From an uncultured Pseudomonadota bacterium (GTDB taxonomy: Bacteria; Pseudomonadota; Alphaproteobacteria; Rs-D84), in assembly GCA_900320405.1 (NCBI GenBank), contig OOHM01000002.1, positions 159,211 to 223,210 on the forward strand: a stretch of 64,000 bases of DNA, written 5' to 3'. The translations under genes and the position numbers were made by a program. The notes under the pieces were generated by a model. It made no database searches, was not told the origin of the DNA, and saw only the letters and a program-made list of their open reading frames with translations. Below are positions 63,528 through 64,000 of the stretch, in pieces (position 1 is the first letter of the stretch; each line of letters opens with the position of its first letter).

Positions 63528-63998
63528 TATGAAAGATTTGTTTGAACGTTTATTGATATTGCGGTCGCCAAAAATTGGGCCGGCATCTTATAACAATTTG
63601 TTGCAACAATTTGGGTCTGATGCGGCAATTTTGGAACATATGAATATTTCAAATGATTTGCGCGATTCGGTGTCGCGGGAAATAGATTTGGCGAATCGAA
63701 TGAATGTGCGTTTTATTTGCGATACGGATGAATTGTATCCGGCAAACCTTAGGCAAATAAAAAATCATCCGCCAATTTTGACGGCGCGCGGAAATGTCGA
63801 AACACTTCGTTGTTGCGAATCGGTTGCGATTGTTGGAACGCGGCACGCGACGGCCATAGGAATGAACTTTGTTGCCGATATTGCACGCGCGTTTGCCGAA
63901 CATAATATGCCGGTTGTATCTGGAATGGCAATGGGAACAGACGCCGCCGCGCATCGTGGTGCATTGCGTACGGGCGGTGATACAAATACTATTGCGGT
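63528..63998 (+). CDS. dprA: DNA processing protein DprA (Smf). The N-terminal 157 aa are in the window; the 3' end is truncated by the window edge.
   Basis: MKDLFERLLILRSPKIGPASYNNLLQQFG (SAM-like N-terminus) and Rossmann-fold region VAIVGTRHAT...VVSGMAMGTDAAAHRGAL. Confidence 0.8.
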
Positions 63999-64000
63999 AT

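Overview
This 64-kb window looks like a proteobacterial chromosome segment, probably alphaproteobacterial and possibly host-associated. I infer that from gene content (GatCAB, YajC-SecDF, SPOR, hemolysin-III, split dcw and suf operons) and AT-rich intergenic regions. I could not compute GC content or run searches, so the taxonomic placement is tentative.

Most of the window is densely packed housekeeping genes:
- typA (partial), serS, trxB, a J-domain protein, xerD, an lptF/G-type permease, greA, mutL.
- yajC-secD-secF, an S41-like PDZ protein, a PAP2 protein, ftsK, rarA, a ybeY-lnt fusion.
- trmB, gltX, a hemolysin-III protein, thrS, a SPOR protein, tatA, dksA, trxA.
- sufS-sufT-sufE, an ftsL-like gene plus ftsI, recJ, nrnA-like, lolA, tatB-tatC, an M23/LysM peptidase.
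- tRNA-Lys(CTT), miaB, gatB, tRNA-Phe(GAA), gatA-gatC, ruvX, an AI-2E transporter, sufC-sufB, rpsT, plsY, dprA (partial).

Surface and secretion modules are interspersed among these:
1. A paralogous family of Sec-secreted, cysteine-containing polymorphic proteins. Three members sit behind a conserved ~150-bp upstream cassette with 21-bp inverted-repeat arms (copies at about 16.67 kb, 28.57 kb and 52.47 kb); the copy at 16.67 kb has lost its promoter and start codon. A fourth member lies in tandem without the cassette.
2. An orphan type IVb-pilus-like pair, a TcpQ/PilL-like protein plus a lipoprotein secretin, behind a near-consensus sigma70 promoter.
3. Several predicted outer-membrane beta-barrel proteins and an autotransporter-like protein.
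4. A low-complexity four-gene minus-strand module at 22.7-24.8 kb: a ribbon-helix-helix (RHH) protein, an SMI1/KNR4 (SUKH)-like protein, a hypothetical and a membrane protein.

I saw no CRISPR array, IS element or phage integrase. Coordinates of small features and start codons are my best reading of the sequence.
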